The translations under genes and the position numbers were made by a program. Under the pieces are notes generated by a model that did not search any database, was not told where the DNA came from, and was given only the letters and a program-made list of their open reading frames with translations. Below are positions 19,133 to 31,246 of a stretch of 64,000 nt of DNA, one piece after another; within the stretch, counting starts at the first letter, position 1; every line of letters begins with the position of its first letter. The stretch covers positions 512,001 to 576,000 of the forward strand of contig CAVPNL010000006.1 in the NCBI GenBank assembly GCA_963706575.1, given 5' to 3'. The DNA comes from an uncultured delta proteobacterium. Its GTDB lineage: Bacteria; Desulfobacterota; Desulfobacteria; Desulfobacterales; JAHEIW01.

Positions 19133-20398
19133 TCAGGCGTAGAGGATATCTTCGAAAGGCTTCTTGTCTTTAACCGGACCCAGCAGGGTCAAACTCATTT
19201 TGTTGTTTTCGAACAGGCTTTTGGAAAGTTCTAAAATTTCCGCTGCGGTAACCGATTCTACTTTTTTGATGACTTCCGGCAGGCGGATGATGCGGTTAAA
19301 ATGAATCTCATTTTGGGCACTGCGGACCATCTGGTTATCATTGCTTTCAGATGCCAGCAGCAGACTGCCCTTGGTGTATTCGACAGCGCCGCGAAGTTCA
19401 GTTGCAGTCACCGCTTTAGCGCCAAGTTTGTCGATTTCATTCAGAACCAGATCGGTGGCTTCGAGAGCCCGGGCGGGATCAACCGCCAGGTAGATGCCGA
19501 ACATGCCGGTATCCACATGGGATGTAATGAAAGAATATACCGTATAGGCCAATCCTCTTTTTTCCCTGATTTCCTGGAAAAGCCGTGAGCTCATGTTGCC
19601 GCCCAGGATCGTGTTGAGCAGGGAGTATGCATAACGGCGGGGGTCGGTTATCGGCAATCCCGGCGCCCCCAGGCAGATATGAACCTGTTCCAATTCCTTA
19701 TGGTTTAAATCAACAAGCGATCGACTCTGGGGGGTGATGCGTTCAGCAATTCCGTTACCCGGTTTGATGGTCTCGAATGCCGGTCCCACCCGGTCGATAA
19801 TATCGCTATGCTCGACGTTGCCGGCTGCCGAAATTATAATTCGATCGGGTTGATACAGGCGATGGAAATATGTTTTCATCAAATCGGCATCAAACCGGAT
19901 AATATTTTCAGGGCTGCCCAGAATCGAACGCCCCAGCGGGTTGTCGCCCCAGAAGTTTTTCCCCGAAAGCAGGTGGACATATTCATCCGGGCTTTCATCG
20001 ACCATTCTGATTTCCTGCAGGATGACCGGGCGTTCTTTTTCGATTTCTCCGGGATCAAAAACGGAATTTAAGAAAATATCCGAAAGGATTTCGACCATGG
20101 TATCGGTATGGGTGTCCATCACTTTGGCATGATAGCAGGTGTTTTCCATGGACGTAAAAGCATTGGTGTGGCCACCGATAGCGTCGAATTCCTTGGCGAT
20201 TTGAAAGGCGGATCGTTGCCGGGTGCCTTTAAAAATCATATGCTCGATAAAATGAGAAAGCCCGCTTTCAGCCGGGTTTTCATCACGGGCACCGACATTG
20301 ACCCAGAACCCCATGGACACCGAACGGGTATGGGGCATTTTTCGGGTCAAAATCCGGATACCGTTTTTCAAAACGGTTTTATCGATTTGAGCGTCCAT
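19133..20398 (-). CDS. M16 family zinc peptidase (pitrilysin-like)
   Basis: [11 protein letters not shown] inverted zinc motif, [16 protein letters not shown]; usual position after pnp. Confidence 0.93.
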   Translation of the reverse strand: MDAQIDKTVLKNGIRILTRKMPHTRSVSMGFWVNVGARDENPAESGLSHFIEHMIFKGTRQRSAFQIAKEFDAIGGHTNAFTSMENTCYHAKVMDTHTDTMVEILSDIFLNSVFDPGEIEKERPVILQEIRMVDESPDEYVHLLSGKNFWGDNPLGRSILGSPENIIRFDADLMKTYFHRLYQPDRIIISAAGNVEHSDIIDRVGPAFETIKPGNGIAERITPQSRSLVDLNHKELEQVHICLGAPGLPITDPRRYAYSLLNTILGGNMSSRLFQEIREKRGLAYTVYSFITSHVDTGMFGIYLAVDPARALEATDLVLNEIDKLGAKAVTATELRGAVEYTKGSLLLASESNDNQMVRSAQNEIHFNRIIRLPEVIKKVESVTAAEILELSKSLFENNKMSLTLLGPVKDKKPFEDILYA

Positions 20399-22478
20399 GC
20401 TCCTCTTCCAGGGTCGCTTTATGGCTGAGCCGGATTTTGCCGTCCCGGCTGATTTCTAAAACCTTAACTTTGAGCATGTCGCCCTCTTTTACGACATCGG
20501 ATACTTTGGTTATGCGCCGATTGGCAAGCTGGGAAATATGAACCAGGCCGTCGGTGCCGGGCAGAATTTGCACAAATGCGCCAAAATCGGTAATTTTGAC
20601 CACTTTACCCTCATAGATGGCACCGATCTCCGGTTCCTGAGTGAGGTCTTCTACCATTTTAAGGGCGGCATCACCTTCCTCTTTTGAGAAGGCCGCAATT
20701 TTAACCATGCCGGAATCATCGATTTCAATGCTGGTATTGGTTTCGCTTTGTATCCCGCGGATGATTTTGCCTCCCGGTCCGATGATCTCGCGGATTTTAT
20801 CCGGATTAATCTTGATGGTCGTGATCGTGGGCGCATAGGGCGAGATTTCTTTGCGCGGTTCCGGGATGGTTTCCAGCATTTTATTGAGGATGAAAATCCT
20901 GCCCGCGCGGGCCTGCTCCAAAGCGCGTTGCATGATGTCACGGGAAAGTTCATGGATTTTGATATCCATTTGAAGCGCGGTGATTCCATCTGCGGAGCCG
21001 GTGACCTTAAAATCCATATCACCGGTATGATCTTCATCCCCCAGAATATCTGAAAGAATAACCACCTGGTCATCTTCTTTTACCAGGCCCATCGCAATAC
21101 CGGCTACCGGGGATTTTATGGGAACCCCGCCGTCCATCAGGGCCATGCAGCATGAGCAAACCGTTCCCATGGATGAAGAACCGTTGGATTCCAGGACCTC
21201 AGAAACCAGACGAATGGTGTAATCGAATGCTTCCTTATCCGGTAAAATTTTTTCAATGGCCCGGGTGGACAGCCCGCCGTGCCCGATATCGCGACGCGAT
21301 GGGCCGGAAATGCGTTTGGTTTCGCCCACAGAATAGGGTGGGAAATTATAATGAAGCATAAACTGTCTGAATTCCTCACCGTATAGGGTCTCGACGCGTT
21401 GTTCGTCCTGTCCGGAGCCCAGGGTCAGGACGCCCAGGACCTGGGTTTCACCCCGGGTGAAAAGCGCGCTGCCGTGGGGCCGGGGCAGTAAACCCACTTC
21501 ACAGGTGATCGGCCGAATTTCGTCAAATTTTCGATTATCAATTCGACGATTTTCTTTTAAAATAAGATCGCGGCTGATCTGTTTCTGGATATCTTTAAGA
21601 ATTTCGTAAACTTCCGCCTTGCGGTCGCTATAATCTTCGCCCAGCTTCTCAAATATCTCGGCCTTGAGCTCACGCACTGCATCCTGGCGACTTATTTTCT
21701 CAGGAATGAGAATCGCTTCACGGATGCGGCCGGAAGCCTCGGCATTTAAGGTCTCGACCAGCTGCGGATCCTTTTGCGGCGGGGTAAACGGCCGTTTCGG
21801 CACGCCGTTAGATTCCTTCAATTTTAGCTGCATATCAATTAGCGGCTGCATTTCCTGGTGGCCAAAAAATATGGCTTCCAGCATATCGGCTTCGCTGACT
21901 ACGTCGCTGCCGCCTTCCACCATCACGACACCGGTCTTGGAACCGGCAACGATAATATTGATATCGCTATTTTCCAACTCCGAAGAAGGCGGATTAATTT
22001 TCAGCTGGCCGTCAATTCGGCCCACCCGCACGCAGGCGATCGGTCCGGCAAACGGAATGTCGGAAAGCTCCAGCGCTGTCGAGGCGCCGATCATTGCCAG
22101 GGTATCCGGGTCATTTTCCTGGTCCATGGACAACACGGTTGCGATCACCTGAATTTCATAGCGCCACTCTTTTGGAAACAGGGGGCGAATGGGTCGGTCG
22201 ATCAGACGGGCGGTTAACGTTTCTTTTTCACTGGGCCGACCGATTTCTCGACGGAAATAGTTTCCGGGGATTCGTCCGGCCGCATAAATTTTTTCTTGAT
22301 ACTCTACGGTCAGGGGTAAAAAATTCGAGTCCCTTTCATCATGGGCGGCGACAACGGTCACAAGTACAATGGTATCTCCATATCGAACCACCACTGAACC
22401 GGATGCCTGTTTGGCAACTTTGTCGGTCTGGATACTCAGGGTTCGGCCCCCGATTTCTTCTTTAAGCAAAATTTCCAT
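20379..22478 (-). CDS. pnp: Polyribonucleotide nucleotidyltransferase
   Basis: [38 protein letters not shown] and S1 domains. Confidence 0.98.
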   Translation of the reverse strand: MEILLKEEIGGRTLSIQTDKVAKQASGSVVVRYGDTIVLVTVVAAHDERDSNFLPLTVEYQEKIYAAGRIPGNYFRREIGRPSEKETLTARLIDRPIRPLFPKEWRYEIQVIATVLSMDQENDPDTLAMIGASTALELSDIPFAGPIACVRVGRIDGQLKINPPSSELENSDINIIVAGSKTGVVMVEGGSDVVSEADMLEAIFFGHQEMQPLIDMQLKLKESNGVPKRPFTPPQKDPQLVETLNAEASGRIREAILIPEKISRQDAVRELKAEIFEKLGEDYSDRKAEVYEILKDIQKQISRDLILKENRRIDNRKFDEIRPITCEVGLLPRPHGSALFTRGETQVLGVLTLGSGQDEQRVETLYGEEFRQFMLHYNFPPYSVGETKRISGPSRRDIGHGGLSTRAIEKILPDKEAFDYTIRLVSEVLESNGSSSMGTVCSCCMALMDGGVPIKSPVAGIAMGLVKEDDQVVILSDILGDEDHTGDMDFKVTGSADGITALQMDIKIHELSRDIMQRALEQARAGRIFILNKMLETIPEPRKEISPYAPTITTIKINPDKIREIIGPGGKIIRGIQSETNTSIEIDDSGMVKIAAFSKEEGDAALKMVEDLTQEPEIGAIYEGKVVKITDFGAFVQILPGTDGLVHISQLANRRITKVSDVVKEGDMLKVKVLEISRDGKIRLSHKATLEEEHGRSNR

Positions 22479-22719
22479 TTTTTCTCCTAAAATGCTGCAA
22501 CGCCCAATCCGTTTTCATCTATGATGATGTCCGCATTTCAAAGCGGCGATCATGGAAAGGCCAGGCGCTAAATTTGTATGTCTATCAAAACCCGAAGAGG
22601 ATCGGGCTTCGGACAGCGTTTGTTTCATCCGGCATCGCTGTGCCTTTCAGCAGCGCTAAACAATTGCACTGTTGAAACCACTGATGATTGAGGCACAAGG
22701 GGCGAGCCCGTTCGGCAGG

Positions 22720-22989
22720 CTATCGTTTCAACCCTAAGGTGTCAATTATGGCCCGGTAGCGATTGACGTCTTTGTGCTTCACGTAGTTCAGCAGGCGGCG
22801 GCGCCTACCCACGAGCATCAGCAATCCCCTGCGGGAATGATGATCTTTTTGGTGAATCTTTAAATGCTCGGTGAGGGAGGAAATACGATAGGTCAATAGG
22901 CCGACCTGGACTTCGGGCGATCCGGTATCGGTTTCGTGCAGCTTGAATTTGTCAATCAATTTCTTTTTGTCTTCTGTGTCAAAAACCAC
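22720..22989 (-). CDS. rpsO: 30S ribosomal protein S15
   Basis: [19 protein letters not shown]. Confidence 0.98.
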   Translation of the reverse strand: MVFDTEDKKKLIDKFKLHETDTGSPEVQVGLLTYRISSLTEHLKIHQKDHHSRRGLLMLVGRRRRLLNYVKHKDVNRYRAIIDTLGLKR

Positions 22990-23044
22990 TTTTCCAGCCT
23001 CCTCTAAGGGAAATTATGTTTGTGTTATTTTCAGTATCACTTTT

Positions 23045-24133
23045 TCAGTTTGGAAAAACACAGGCATATGAGAACTTGTCCCTGTTCTTTTCATAATTTA
23101 ACACCGCATGCAAGTTATTGTCGCCATCCACAATTTTTATGTTGGCATCTTTTTTTTTGGATTTTTCTGATGACCGATCGATTCTTATATCCGACGTTTT
23201 CAGCCGTTTGCCATGTCTGATCTTTTCGATCAATTTTTGATCGGCAATGCAGGTCGGCATGTCCCCCAGGGCATCGGTCATGCTGATGAGATACCGTTTG
23301 CTGTCACCTGCCAGAACCCGCTTTTCCAGCCGCGTCAGCGAAATTGCCTGCTCAATTTTAAAGCCGCTGCTTGCCGTGCGCTTGAGCGCCAGAAGATGCC
23401 CACCACATCCCAGCTGCCGTCCAATGTCAGCGCACAGGGTGCGGATATAGGTTCCGGCAGAACATGAGACCTCAAAATGAACCAGCGGCAGCTTTACTTC
23501 AAGAACTTTAATTTTTGAAATATGGATCCATCTGGCCGGCTTTTGAATCGGTGTGCCCTTGCGAGCCAACCGATACAGTGGTGTTCCTTTGTGTTTTAAA
23601 GCCGAAAAGACCGGCGGTTGTTGTTCAATCTGTCCCTCAAATTTTTTAACCGCCGATTTTATCGTATCTTCCGGCCAGTCCTTGACCGGTTTGACGGCGG
23701 TAACAGTTCCGGTCATATCCTGCGTATCGGTTTCAATCCCCAGTTTAAGGGTTGCGTCATATGTTTTATTGCCGGCCAGCAGAAACCGTGCCAGTCGAGT
23801 CGCATCATTTATGCAGCATACCAGGACCCCTTCGGCAAATGGATCCAAGGTGCCGGTATGGCCGACTTTTCTGGCGCCTAACAGGCGTTTGACATCAGCG
23901 ACAACCCTGGCAGAGGTGGTATTTTGCGGCTTATCGACAACGATAACGCCGCTTGATTGGGTTTTCCAAACCGGGTGCTTTGCACCCGGTTTCACCCGCA
24001 ACGATTGGGGCGCTTCGCGCCCCTGTCTTTTACCGCCTTTGGCGGTAAAATCCAAGCCATCCGCTTTGCGGTTGGTCGTTGACCCCTGCCGCTTTTTTAT
24101 CGGTTGCTTTTGGATAGGCGATGATGAACGCAT
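23045..24133 (-). CDS. truB: tRNA pseudouridine(55) synthase; true start may be downstream of 24133
   Basis: VDKP, KVGHTGTLDPFAEG, PPVFSALK, CSAGTYIR; the first ~60 codons overlap a hairpin array. Confidence 0.95.
   Translation of the reverse strand: MRSSSPIQKQPIKKRQGSTTNRKADGLDFTAKGGKRQGREAPQSLRVKPGAKHPVWKTQSSGVIVVDKPQNTTSARVVADVKRLLGARKVGHTGTLDPFAEGVLVCCINDATRLARFLLAGNKTYDATLKLGIETDTQDMTGTVTAVKPVKDWPEDTIKSAVKKFEGQIEQQPPVFSALKHKGTPLYRLARKGTPIQKPARWIHISKIKVLEVKLPLVHFEVSCSAGTYIRTLCADIGRQLGCGGHLLALKRTASSGFKIEQAISLTRLEKRVLAGDSKRYLISMTDALGDMPTCIADQKLIEKIRHGKRLKTSDIRIDRSSEKSKKKDANIKIVDGDNNLHAVLNYEKNRDKFSYACVFPN
23968..24075. repeat. Four tandem triloop hairpins
   Basis: aaaccgggtgc-ttt-gcacccggttt; ggggcgc-ttc-gcgcccc; ttttaccgcc-ttt-ggcggtaaaa; ccgc-ttt-gcgg. 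Confidence 0.75.
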
Positions 24134-24138
24134 CCGGT

Positions 24139-25110
24139 TTATAAATCTTCAGCCAATTCAATGATTTTTGTTTTCAACGCCACCAGCGTTGATTCAATCT
24201 GAAATCCGGCAGCACTGCTGTGTCCGCCGCCGCCAAATTTCCCCGCTATTTTGGCGACATCCACACTGCTGTCGGATCGCAGGCTGACGTGGTAGCGGTT
24301 CATATTGGTGAATTTGCCGGCGCCATTTTTTATTTCATGGATGAGCGCGGCGACTTTCACGTCCTCAATGCGCCGCGCATAATTGATCATACCATCTAAA
24401 TCTTCCGTGTTCGTTCCGCTTGTATTGAGCATGCTGCGGGTTACGGTCATCAGCGACAATTTGCCGTTGTCTGAAATTTCGATCGAGTTCAGCGCCATAT
24501 TTAAAAGCTTGATGCGACCCAGGGAATAGGTTCCAAATACGCGTTGCGCGACACTGTGGGGTTCCACACCGGCATCTGTCATCGCCTTGCTGATGGCAAA
24601 AGCCGCGCGGTTTGTATTTGAAAAACGAAACGAGCCGGTATCCGTTAAAATTCCCGTGTAAATGGAAGTCGCAATGGCTTTATCAAAAGGGATCTCCAGC
24701 GCATTGATCAAGCGGTAAACAATTTCGGCTGTGGCGCAGGCGTTGGTGTCGATCAGTTGGATATGCCCGAAGCCGGTGTTTGAAACGTGATGATCAATGT
24801 TAATCAGGACCGGTATCTTGCCCACCTCAGCGCTGGTTTCACCGATTCTGACCAGGTCGCCGCAATCCAGTACAAGCGCCAGGTCATACGTGTCGGCGGT
24901 TTTGATCTGCCGTACGATTCGGCCGGCACCGGGGAGAAATCGGTAAACGGCCGGAATAGGACTTGAATTGTACATGGTAATTTTTTTGTCCAGCTTGGCC
25001 AGCGCCAGGCCTAATGCCACCAGAGAACCGACGCAGTCCCCATCAGGTTCGGCATGCGAAGCGATCAAAATGTGTTGACCGTCTTTAATATGTTGGATGA
25101 TCTGATCCAT
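24139..25110 (-). CDS. nrnA: DHH/DHHA1 phosphoesterase (nanoRNase/pAp phosphatase)
   Basis: HAEPDGD, IDHH, TDTGSF, SLRS, GGGGH. Confidence 0.9.
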   Translation of the reverse strand: MDQIIQHIKDGQHILIASHAEPDGDCVGSLVALGLALAKLDKKITMYNSSPIPAVYRFLPGAGRIVRQIKTADTYDLALVLDCGDLVRIGETSAEVGKIPVLINIDHHVSNTGFGHIQLIDTNACATAEIVYRLINALEIPFDKAIATSIYTGILTDTGSFRFSNTNRAAFAISKAMTDAGVEPHSVAQRVFGTYSLGRIKLLNMALNSIEISDNGKLSLMTVTRSMLNTSGTNTEDLDGMINYARRIEDVKVAALIHEIKNGAGKFTNMNRYHVSLRSDSSVDVAKIAGKFGGGGHSSAAGFQIESTLVALKTKIIELAEDL

Positions 25111-25111
25111 T

Positions 25112-25456
25112 TTAAATTTTGGTTGATTTGATCAACTCGTCAATATGCGCGCCGTATTCCAACGAGTCATCATAAAAAAATTTTATATCCGGCATGTACT
25201 TGAGGTCAATTTCTTGTGCCAGGATCCGTTTAATAAATCCACGGGCACTGTTAAAACCTTTAATGGCCGCATCCTTTTTCTGCTTGCCGCCGGGAGTCGT
25301 AAAGTATATTCGCGCCAGCTTTAAGTCACGCGAAACTTCGACCTCTGTGATGGTGGCCATTTTCAGGCGCGGATCCCCGATATCTCTTTTCAATATTTCG
25401 GATAGGACTTGCTGGATTAAACCGCTGACCCTGTCTGATCGTGCAAATGGAATCAT
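25112..25456 (-). CDS. rbfA: Ribosome-binding factor A
   Basis: DPRL..ITEVEVSRDLKLARIY, PDIKFFYD; follows infB. Confidence 0.95.
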   Translation of the reverse strand: MIPFARSDRVSGLIQQVLSEILKRDIGDPRLKMATITEVEVSRDLKLARIYFTTPGGKQKKDAAIKGFNSARGFIKRILAQEIDLKYMPDIKFFYDDSLEYGAHIDELIKSTKI

Positions 25457-25740
25457 AAATGAATAATTTCCATCTCCGTATCGATAATTTCTGCAAGGCC
25501 GAGATCTTCGGCCAAATTTACCATCTTATCTATTTTTGAATTGATGATGGCTTGATCATTGCCGACCAGCGAAAAACCGATTTCCGCCCGCTGGTGAACG
25601 TCGTTGGATCCGATTTCCGCCACCGAGGCATTAAAGTTGTTGCGCAGCCGGCTGATAATCGATTTAATAACTTTGCGCTTCCCTTTCAGAGAGCGGCAAT
25701 CATGCAATCTGAAGGTGATGATTCCGATTCCAACTACCAT
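25453..25740 (-). CDS. DUF503 (YlxP-like) protein
   Basis: SLKGKR...FNASVAE motif; usual position between infB and rbfA. Confidence 0.9.
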   Translation of the reverse strand: MVVGIGIITFRLHDCRSLKGKRKVIKSIISRLRNNFNASVAEIGSNDVHQRAEIGFSLVGNDQAIINSKIDKMVNLAEDLGLAEIIDTEMEIIHL

Positions 25741-25912
25741 TGTCGCTTCGCTCCCTTCCAGGAGCGCTGTGCTTTAAGAGCGTTTCACTTAAAGAGCGCT
25801 TCGCTTTAGGAAAGGTCCTTTAAATACCTTTAACCTCAAACCCCGGAGGGGTGGTCCTCAAGGCCTGAAAGGCCGCTCTTCGAGGCACCGTCTCAATGAC
25901 GGGGCCGCTCCT
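25741..25912. repeat. Mini-hairpin array element (GAGCG/CGCTC family)
   Basis: aggagcgctgtgctttaagagcgtttcacttaaagagcgcttcgctttagg ... ggcctgaaaggccgctc ... ggggccgctcct. Confidence 0.75.
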
Positions 25913-25918
25913 TATTTT

Positions 25919-28495
25919 TTATTTGATTTCAGGCCTTATCTCTTCCAGGTAATAACAGTCAATCGTATCGCCGACTTTAATGTCATTGAAGTTCTCTATG
26001 CCGATGCCGCATTCATAACCGGCCTGGACTTCTTTGACATCATCTTTAAATCGACGCAAAGAAGAATTTTTGCCTTCAAATACCACCACGCCGTCTCTGA
26101 GAAGGCGCATGTTTTGACCGCGTTCCATTTTGCCATCCGTTACATAACAGCCGGCAATATTGCCTACCTTGGGAATCTGGAAGACTTCGCGAACCTCAGC
26201 GGTACCCATGACGCGTTCCTCAAAGGTGGAAGCCATCATTCCGACCAGCGCGTTTTTAACATCTTTGATAACGTCATAGATAACGTTGTAAAAACGCATG
26301 TCCACATTTTCTTCGTTGGCCAGTGACTGAACTTTGGGACTCGGTCGTACGTTAAAGCCGATAATAATCGCGTTTGATACGGTCGCCAGTGAGATATCCG
26401 ACTCGGCAATCGTTCCGCTGGCTGAATGGACGACGTTTACATTAACCTCATCGTTTGAAAGTTTGGTTAAGGAGTCATTTAGGGCTTCAATTGAACCATG
26501 AACATCTGCTTTAATAATGATGTTTAAATCCTTTACCTCACCTTCCTGCATGCGCTCATAAAGCTTGTCCAGACTCAGCCGGCTGGATTGCGCCAGTTCC
26601 CTTGACCGTTGTTTCTGCTGCCGATGTTCGCTGACCTGTTTAGCATTTTTTTCATCTTTAAGCGCCAGGAATTCGTCACCGGCCATGGGCACCCCGGAGA
26701 GGCCGACGATTTCCACCGGTACTGACGGCCCGGCCGATTCTACCTGATGGCCCCGATCGTCCAGCATTGCGCGGATTCGGCCGTAATGCATGCCGCACAC
26801 CACCGGATCACCGGCGCGCAGGGTGCCTTCTCTTACCAGGACAGTGGCGACGGGGCCGCGGCCCGAGTCGATTTTGGCTTCCACCACATGACCGCTGGCC
26901 AATTTATCGGGATTGGCTTTGAATTCCAACACTTCGGCCTGAAGCAATATCATTTCCAGCAGTTCATCAATCCCCTCGGCCTCTTTGGCCGAGACGTTCA
27001 CAAAAATGGTATCACCGCCCCAATCTTCCGGGCTTAGGCCGATTTCGGCAAGCTCCCGTTTAACCTTTTCGGGTTCTGCATTCTGTTTGTCGATTTTGTT
27101 TATAGCGACGATAATCGGAACCCCGGCCGCTCTGGAATGATTAATGGCCTCCGTTGTCTGGGGCATAACCCCGTCATCGGCCGCAACCACCAAAACCACG
27201 ATATCGGTAACCTGGGCGCCTCGAGCCCTCATTGCCGTAAAGGCTTCGTGCCCGGGTGTATCTAGAAAGGCGATTTGCCCTTTGTCGGTTTTGACATGAT
27301 AAGCGCCGATATGCTGGGTAATTCCGCCGGCTTCCGTTTCAGAAACTCGCGTTTTGCGAATAACGTCGAGTAAGGAAGTTTTGCCATGATCAACGTGACC
27401 CATAATGGTGACCACCGGTGGCCGCGGTACCAGATTTTCGGGATCATCGGTTTCTTGCTTTAATATGGCTTCTTCCTCGAAACTGGCGCGTTCCACTTCA
27501 TATTCGAATTCGCCGGCAATCAGCGCGGCGGTATCAAAATCTATTGTTTGATTGACCGTGGCCATAGACCCCATTGCCATCATGGCTTTTATGATTTCGC
27601 TGGCTTTAATTCCCATGCGTTTGGCCAGTTCCGAAAGCACGATGGCCTCATCAATTTTTATGCGGCGTTTGATCGCCTTGGCAACGGTAATCTGTGTTTT
27701 TTGACCGCCGACTTGTTTTTTGCCTTTACCCATCTTGCGCTGCTTGCGTGGTCGGTATCCGCCAGCGTAAAGGTCTTCACCTTCGACGACCGCTTTTTTC
27801 TTGAAAGAAATTTTCTTTTTCAGAAATTTCTTATCTACATCCGATTCTTCATACTTTTTCTTGCGTTTTCTTTTCTTTGCCTCTTTACCTGCGGGTGAGT
27901 CTTCCTGTGGTGGGCTCGGTGCTGCCGCTTTTTTGCCGATCGGCCGCTTTTCAACTTTGGCCTTTGCTTTTTTGGGCTCGGCCTTTTTCTCTTTTAACGG
28001 CCTTTCAGGCGGTTTAAGCGGCAGCTTGATGATTTTGGCAGAGGGTTCTTTCTTGGGTTTTTTTGCTTTTTTGGCCGCCGGTTTTTCTTCAACCTCCGCA
28101 GCGCCGGCTTCTTGCGGCTCTTCTGCTTCTAATTCTTTAAGCGTTTCGCCTTCAGCGATGGATTCTTCAGTCACCTCGGCAGCGATCGCTTCGTTGTCGG
28201 CTTCTGCGGCCCCATCGCCTATTGCTTCAGGCTCAGCGTCTGGCTTTGCAGATACCTCAGCTTTAACCTTTTTGCGTCGTCTGCGAATAACCGTCGGTTT
28301 GATTCGGGTCTCTTCGATGGTTTCTTTTTTTTGCGGGGTGCTAAAAAACGATGATTTAATTTGGTCAATAGTATCATCATCCAAAGCACTCATGTGGCTC
28401 TTAACGGAGATATCCAAGTCACCGAGCTTTTCGAGAAGCACCTTGTTGGTCATATTCAAATCCCTGGCAAGTTCGTACACTCTGAGCCTGGCCAT
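25919..28495 (-). CDS. infB: Translation initiation factor IF-2
   Basis: RVYELAR N-terminus, [18 protein letters not shown]. Confidence 0.98.
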   Translation of the reverse strand: MARLRVYELARDLNMTNKVLLEKLGDLDISVKSHMSALDDDTIDQIKSSFFSTPQKKETIEETRIKPTVIRRRRKKVKAEVSAKPDAEPEAIGDGAAEADNEAIAAEVTEESIAEGETLKELEAEEPQEAGAAEVEEKPAAKKAKKPKKEPSAKIIKLPLKPPERPLKEKKAEPKKAKAKVEKRPIGKKAAAPSPPQEDSPAGKEAKKRKRKKKYEESDVDKKFLKKKISFKKKAVVEGEDLYAGGYRPRKQRKMGKGKKQVGGQKTQITVAKAIKRRIKIDEAIVLSELAKRMGIKASEIIKAMMAMGSMATVNQTIDFDTAALIAGEFEYEVERASFEEEAILKQETDDPENLVPRPPVVTIMGHVDHGKTSLLDVIRKTRVSETEAGGITQHIGAYHVKTDKGQIAFLDTPGHEAFTAMRARGAQVTDIVVLVVAADDGVMPQTTEAINHSRAAGVPIIVAINKIDKQNAEPEKVKRELAEIGLSPEDWGGDTIFVNVSAKEAEGIDELLEMILLQAEVLEFKANPDKLASGHVVEAKIDSGRGPVATVLVREGTLRAGDPVVCGMHYGRIRAMLDDRGHQVESAGPSVPVEIVGLSGVPMAGDEFLALKDEKNAKQVSEHRQQKQRSRELAQSSRLSLDKLYERMQEGEVKDLNIIIKADVHGSIEALNDSLTKLSNDEVNVNVVHSASGTIAESDISLATVSNAIIIGFNVRPSPKVQSLANEENVDMRFYNVIYDVIKDVKNALVGMMASTFEERVMGTAEVREVFQIPKVGNIAGCYVTDGKMERGQNMRLLRDGVVVFEGKNSSLRRFKDDVKEVQAGYECGIGIENFNDIKVGDTIDCYYLEEIRPEIK

Positions 28496-28570
28496 TCTTT
28501 CCCCCAAAATTTTAATTCATGAGCGGCGCGCGACCGCAATTTATCCTTCAGACGATAGCATCGTCTATGA

Positions 28571-30220
28571 TTAATTTTCTTTATCGGTTTCAGCGCTTTC
28601 AGGTTTATTTTCAGATTGTTCAGCGGTCTCAGCCGTATCGCTTTCGGCGCTTTCAGGTTTATCTTCAGATTGTTCAGCGGCCTCAGCCGTATCGCTTTCG
28701 GCGCTTTCAGGTTTATCTTCAGATTGTTCAGCGGCCTCAGCGGTATCGCTTTCAGCTGTTTCAGGTTTATCTTCAGATTGTTCAGCAGCTTCCGCTATAT
28801 CGGTTTCGGCTTTTTGAGGCTCATCGCCATCCACTGAATCGGTTTGATCATTTTGCGACGCCCCATCAGGTGGTGCCGTGTCCTTGTCGCTGTCGGTCTG
28901 TTCCTGTTCACCTTCATTTCCATCGGTTTCGCCCGTGTCGGTCTCTTTGGCCTTCTCTTCTTCGATGTCTTCAGCTTGCTGGGCTTCCAACACGGCGGTT
29001 TCAGCGGCGGCAATCAATTTCTTAGCGGTTTCTTCACCGATCCCTCTGACTTGAATTAAATCCTCTGCAGTCGCATTGCTGACTTCTTCGGCTGAGTAAA
29101 GACCCAATTCATAAAGTGCATCCGCCATACTGATTCCAACACCCGGCAGCGCCACCAATGAATCATATCCGCTTTGCATAGCGATGCTGTATTTGGTTTC
29201 ACTTTTTACATCCAGGTGCCAGCCGGTGAGTTTGGAGGCCAGGCGAACGTTTTGGCCCTTTTTGCCGATGGCGATCGATAAAAATTCATCCGGTACGATG
29301 ACCTCCATGGATTGATTGGCTTCATCGATAATCACCCGCGAAATTTCAGCCGGTGCCAGCGCGTTACACACGAATTTGGCCGGATCAATATGCCATGGTA
29401 TAATATCGATTTTTTCCCCTCTGAGTTCCTGCACAACATTTTGTACGCGGCTACCTTTCATACCCACACAGGCCCCCACGGGATCGATATCGGAATTATT
29501 TGAAGCCACCGCGAATTTGGCCCGGACGCCCGGTTCGCGTGCGGCCCCCATGATGGTTACAATTCCCTCTGTGATCTCGGGGACTTCGGTACGAAAAAGA
29601 TGGATCAAAAAGTTCGGATGGGTCCGTGAGAGAATAATCTGCGGGCCGCGCGATTCATGCAATACGTCCAAAATGTACGCCCGAATCCGATCACCGCGCC
29701 GATAGGTTTCCTTGGGGACCTGTTCGCGAACTGGCACAATCCCTTCGGTGTGGCCCAGATTAACAATGATATCGCTGCGGTCTATGCGCTGCACAATACC
29801 ATTGAGCGTGTCACCTTTGCGATTGATGAAACTGGCATAAACGGCATCTTTTTCAGCATCCTTCATCTTCTGAATAATGACCTGTTTGGCTGATTGAGCC
29901 GCTATGCGGCCGAAGGTGGAGGTGTCCATTTTTGTGCCGAGGCTGTCTCCAATTTCGCAATCCGGGTCCAGTTTGCGTCCTTCTTCGAGGCTGATTTCAA
30001 GCGCCGGTTCGGTCACATTCTCGGTTACATCCTTGAATTGAAAGACTTCAATTTCGCCGGAGGTTTCATTGTATTGGACCTCGATATCCATTTTGGGGCC
30101 GTACTTTTTGCGGGCAGCAGATTTTAGGGCCTCCTCCAAGGCTTTGATCAAGACGTCTCGCTCGATACCTTTATCCCGGCTCACTTGTTCAACAACTCGA
30201 CTGATATCTGAAATTTGCAT
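28571..30220 (-). CDS. nusA: Transcription termination factor NusA with acidic repeat tail
   Basis: [14 protein letters not shown]1 and KH domains, [19 protein letters not shown], HhH domains. Confidence 0.97.
   Translation of the reverse strand: MQISDISRVVEQVSRDKGIERDVLIKALEEALKSAARKKYGPKMDIEVQYNETSGEIEVFQFKDVTENVTEPALEISLEEGRKLDPDCEIGDSLGTKMDTSTFGRIAAQSAKQVIIQKMKDAEKDAVYASFINRKGDTLNGIVQRIDRSDIIVNLGHTEGIVPVREQVPKETYRRGDRIRAYILDVLHESRGPQIILSRTHPNFLIHLFRTEVPEITEGIVTIMGAAREPGVRAKFAVASNNSDIDPVGACVGMKGSRVQNVVQELRGEKIDIIPWHIDPAKFVCNALAPAEISRVIIDEANQSMEVIVPDEFLSIAIGKKGQNVRLASKLTGWHLDVKSETKYSIAMQSGYDSLVALPGVGISMADALYELGLYSAEEVSNATAEDLIQVRGIGEETAKKLIAAAETAVLEAQQAEDIEEEKAKETDTGETDGNEGEQEQTDSDKDTAPPDGASQNDQTDSVDGDEPQKAETDIAEAAEQSEDKPETAESDTAEAAEQSEDKPESAESDTAEAAEQSEDKPESAESDTAETAEQSENKPESAETDKEN
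28595..28810 (-). repeat. Coding tandem repeat, 54 bp x 4, in the nusA 3' end
   Basis: Four copies of [18 protein letters not shown] with minor variants. Confidence 0.92.
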
Positions 30221-30756
30221 CAGATTTCTCCGTCCACGTCGACCAACCGCGCTTTGGAAATATTTCCATACGGGATGACGACTGTTTTTTCATTTGATGA
30301 TAATTTTATCTGGTCTGCAGCAACTCCCAAAATAATGCCAGTAAAATTTTTCTGATCATTAATGGGTTGCCATGTTTTTATTTTAGCCCTGCGGCCCTTA
30401 AATCGCTCATAATCTTGCGGCTTGGACAAGGGGCGTTCCGGCCCCGGCGATGTGACCTCCAGATTGTATGGACCGATGTCATCCAGATACACATCCAGCA
30501 GGTCATTCAACTGGCGGCTGACATTCATACAGTCGTCGAGTGCCACGCCTCCGGCTCGATCAATATACAGGCGAAGTATCCTGCCACCGGGCTCGCGTTG
30601 ATATTCAACATGGACCAGCTCCAACCCTTCATTATCGCACAGCGGTTCGGCAAGTGCTTCAACTTGTTTTATAATTTCTTTTTCCTTCTTGGATCCGACT
30701 CGTCTGCTCCGGTTATCCGCAAAGTTGGTCTTGGATTTGCGGCTTTTCGTTTTCAT
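30220..30756 (-). CDS. rimP: Ribosome maturation factor RimP
   Basis: LRLYID, YNLEVTSPGPERPL; precedes nusA. Confidence 0.95.
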   Translation of the reverse strand: MKTKSRKSKTNFADNRSRRVGSKKEKEIIKQVEALAEPLCDNEGLELVHVEYQREPGGRILRLYIDRAGGVALDDCMNVSRQLNDLLDVYLDDIGPYNLEVTSPGPERPLSKPQDYERFKGRRAKIKTWQPINDQKNFTGIILGVAADQIKLSSNEKTVVIPYGNISKARLVDVDGEI

Positions 30757-30780
30757 CCGAACCTTTAATTATCTCCCTTA

Positions 30781-30811
30781 AAAAAAACAAAAAACGGGCT
30801 GACGCCCGTTT
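30781..30811 (-). terminator. Intrinsic terminator/attenuator in the rimP-nusA-infB leader
   Basis: Minus strand AAACGGGCGTCAGCCCGTTT followed by a long T tract. Confidence 0.75.
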
Positions 30812-30951
30812 CCTCAATTCCAGGTAGATCTTTGACTTTTGTGCGATAAAAGTTATCAGTTCATAACACCGACCATAAGGTAATAGTTAAATCCATCCCA
30901 CAGTCCTTAAAAAGTCCTACCCTAACCAACGAAAAGGAAACGAACCCTAAC

Positions 30952-31027
30952 TGGAGCGGGCAACGAGATTCGAACTCGCGACACCAAGCTTGGGAAGCTT
31001 GTACTCTACCAGCTGAGCTATGCCCGC
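30952..31027 (-). tRNA. tRNA-Gly (CCC)
   Basis: GCGGGCATAGCTCAGCTGGTAGAGTACAAGCTTCCCAAGCTTGGTGTCGCGAGTTCGAATCTCGTTGCCCGCTCCA: 76-nt cloverleaf, anticodon CCC, encoded CCA. Confidence 0.97.
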
Positions 31028-31133
31028 TCTTTAATCTAGATGATTATGACAAAATCAGCCGCTTGTCAATATATTTCAATAAATAAAAAAGTGCCTTATT
31101 TGTGGAGCCGGGCTATTTTGAAGTCCATTTTTT

Positions 31134-31210
31134 CACCACGAAGGCCACCAAGCTCACAAAGGATCAAAAAGTCGAAGCTGAGATTTTTTACTTTGTGTTC
31201 TTCGTGGTTT
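31134..31210. repeat. Degenerate CACGAAG-family inverted array
   Basis: accacgaaggccaccaagctcacaaag ... ctttgtgttcttcgtggtt; same family as 5039-5122. Confidence 0.75.
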
Positions 31211-31246
31211 ACACAAGGAGCGCTCCAGCACTTGGTGGAAGGAGGC

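Noticed and set aside
22480..22719. ncRNA between rpsO and pnp
   Set aside because: Several imperfect stems fit an ordinary pnp leader or processing site; no recognisable RNA family.
27801..29059. Plus-strand ORFs 27801..28574, 28519..29025 and 28616..28837
   Set aside because: Antisense shadows of the low-complexity infB and nusA regions.
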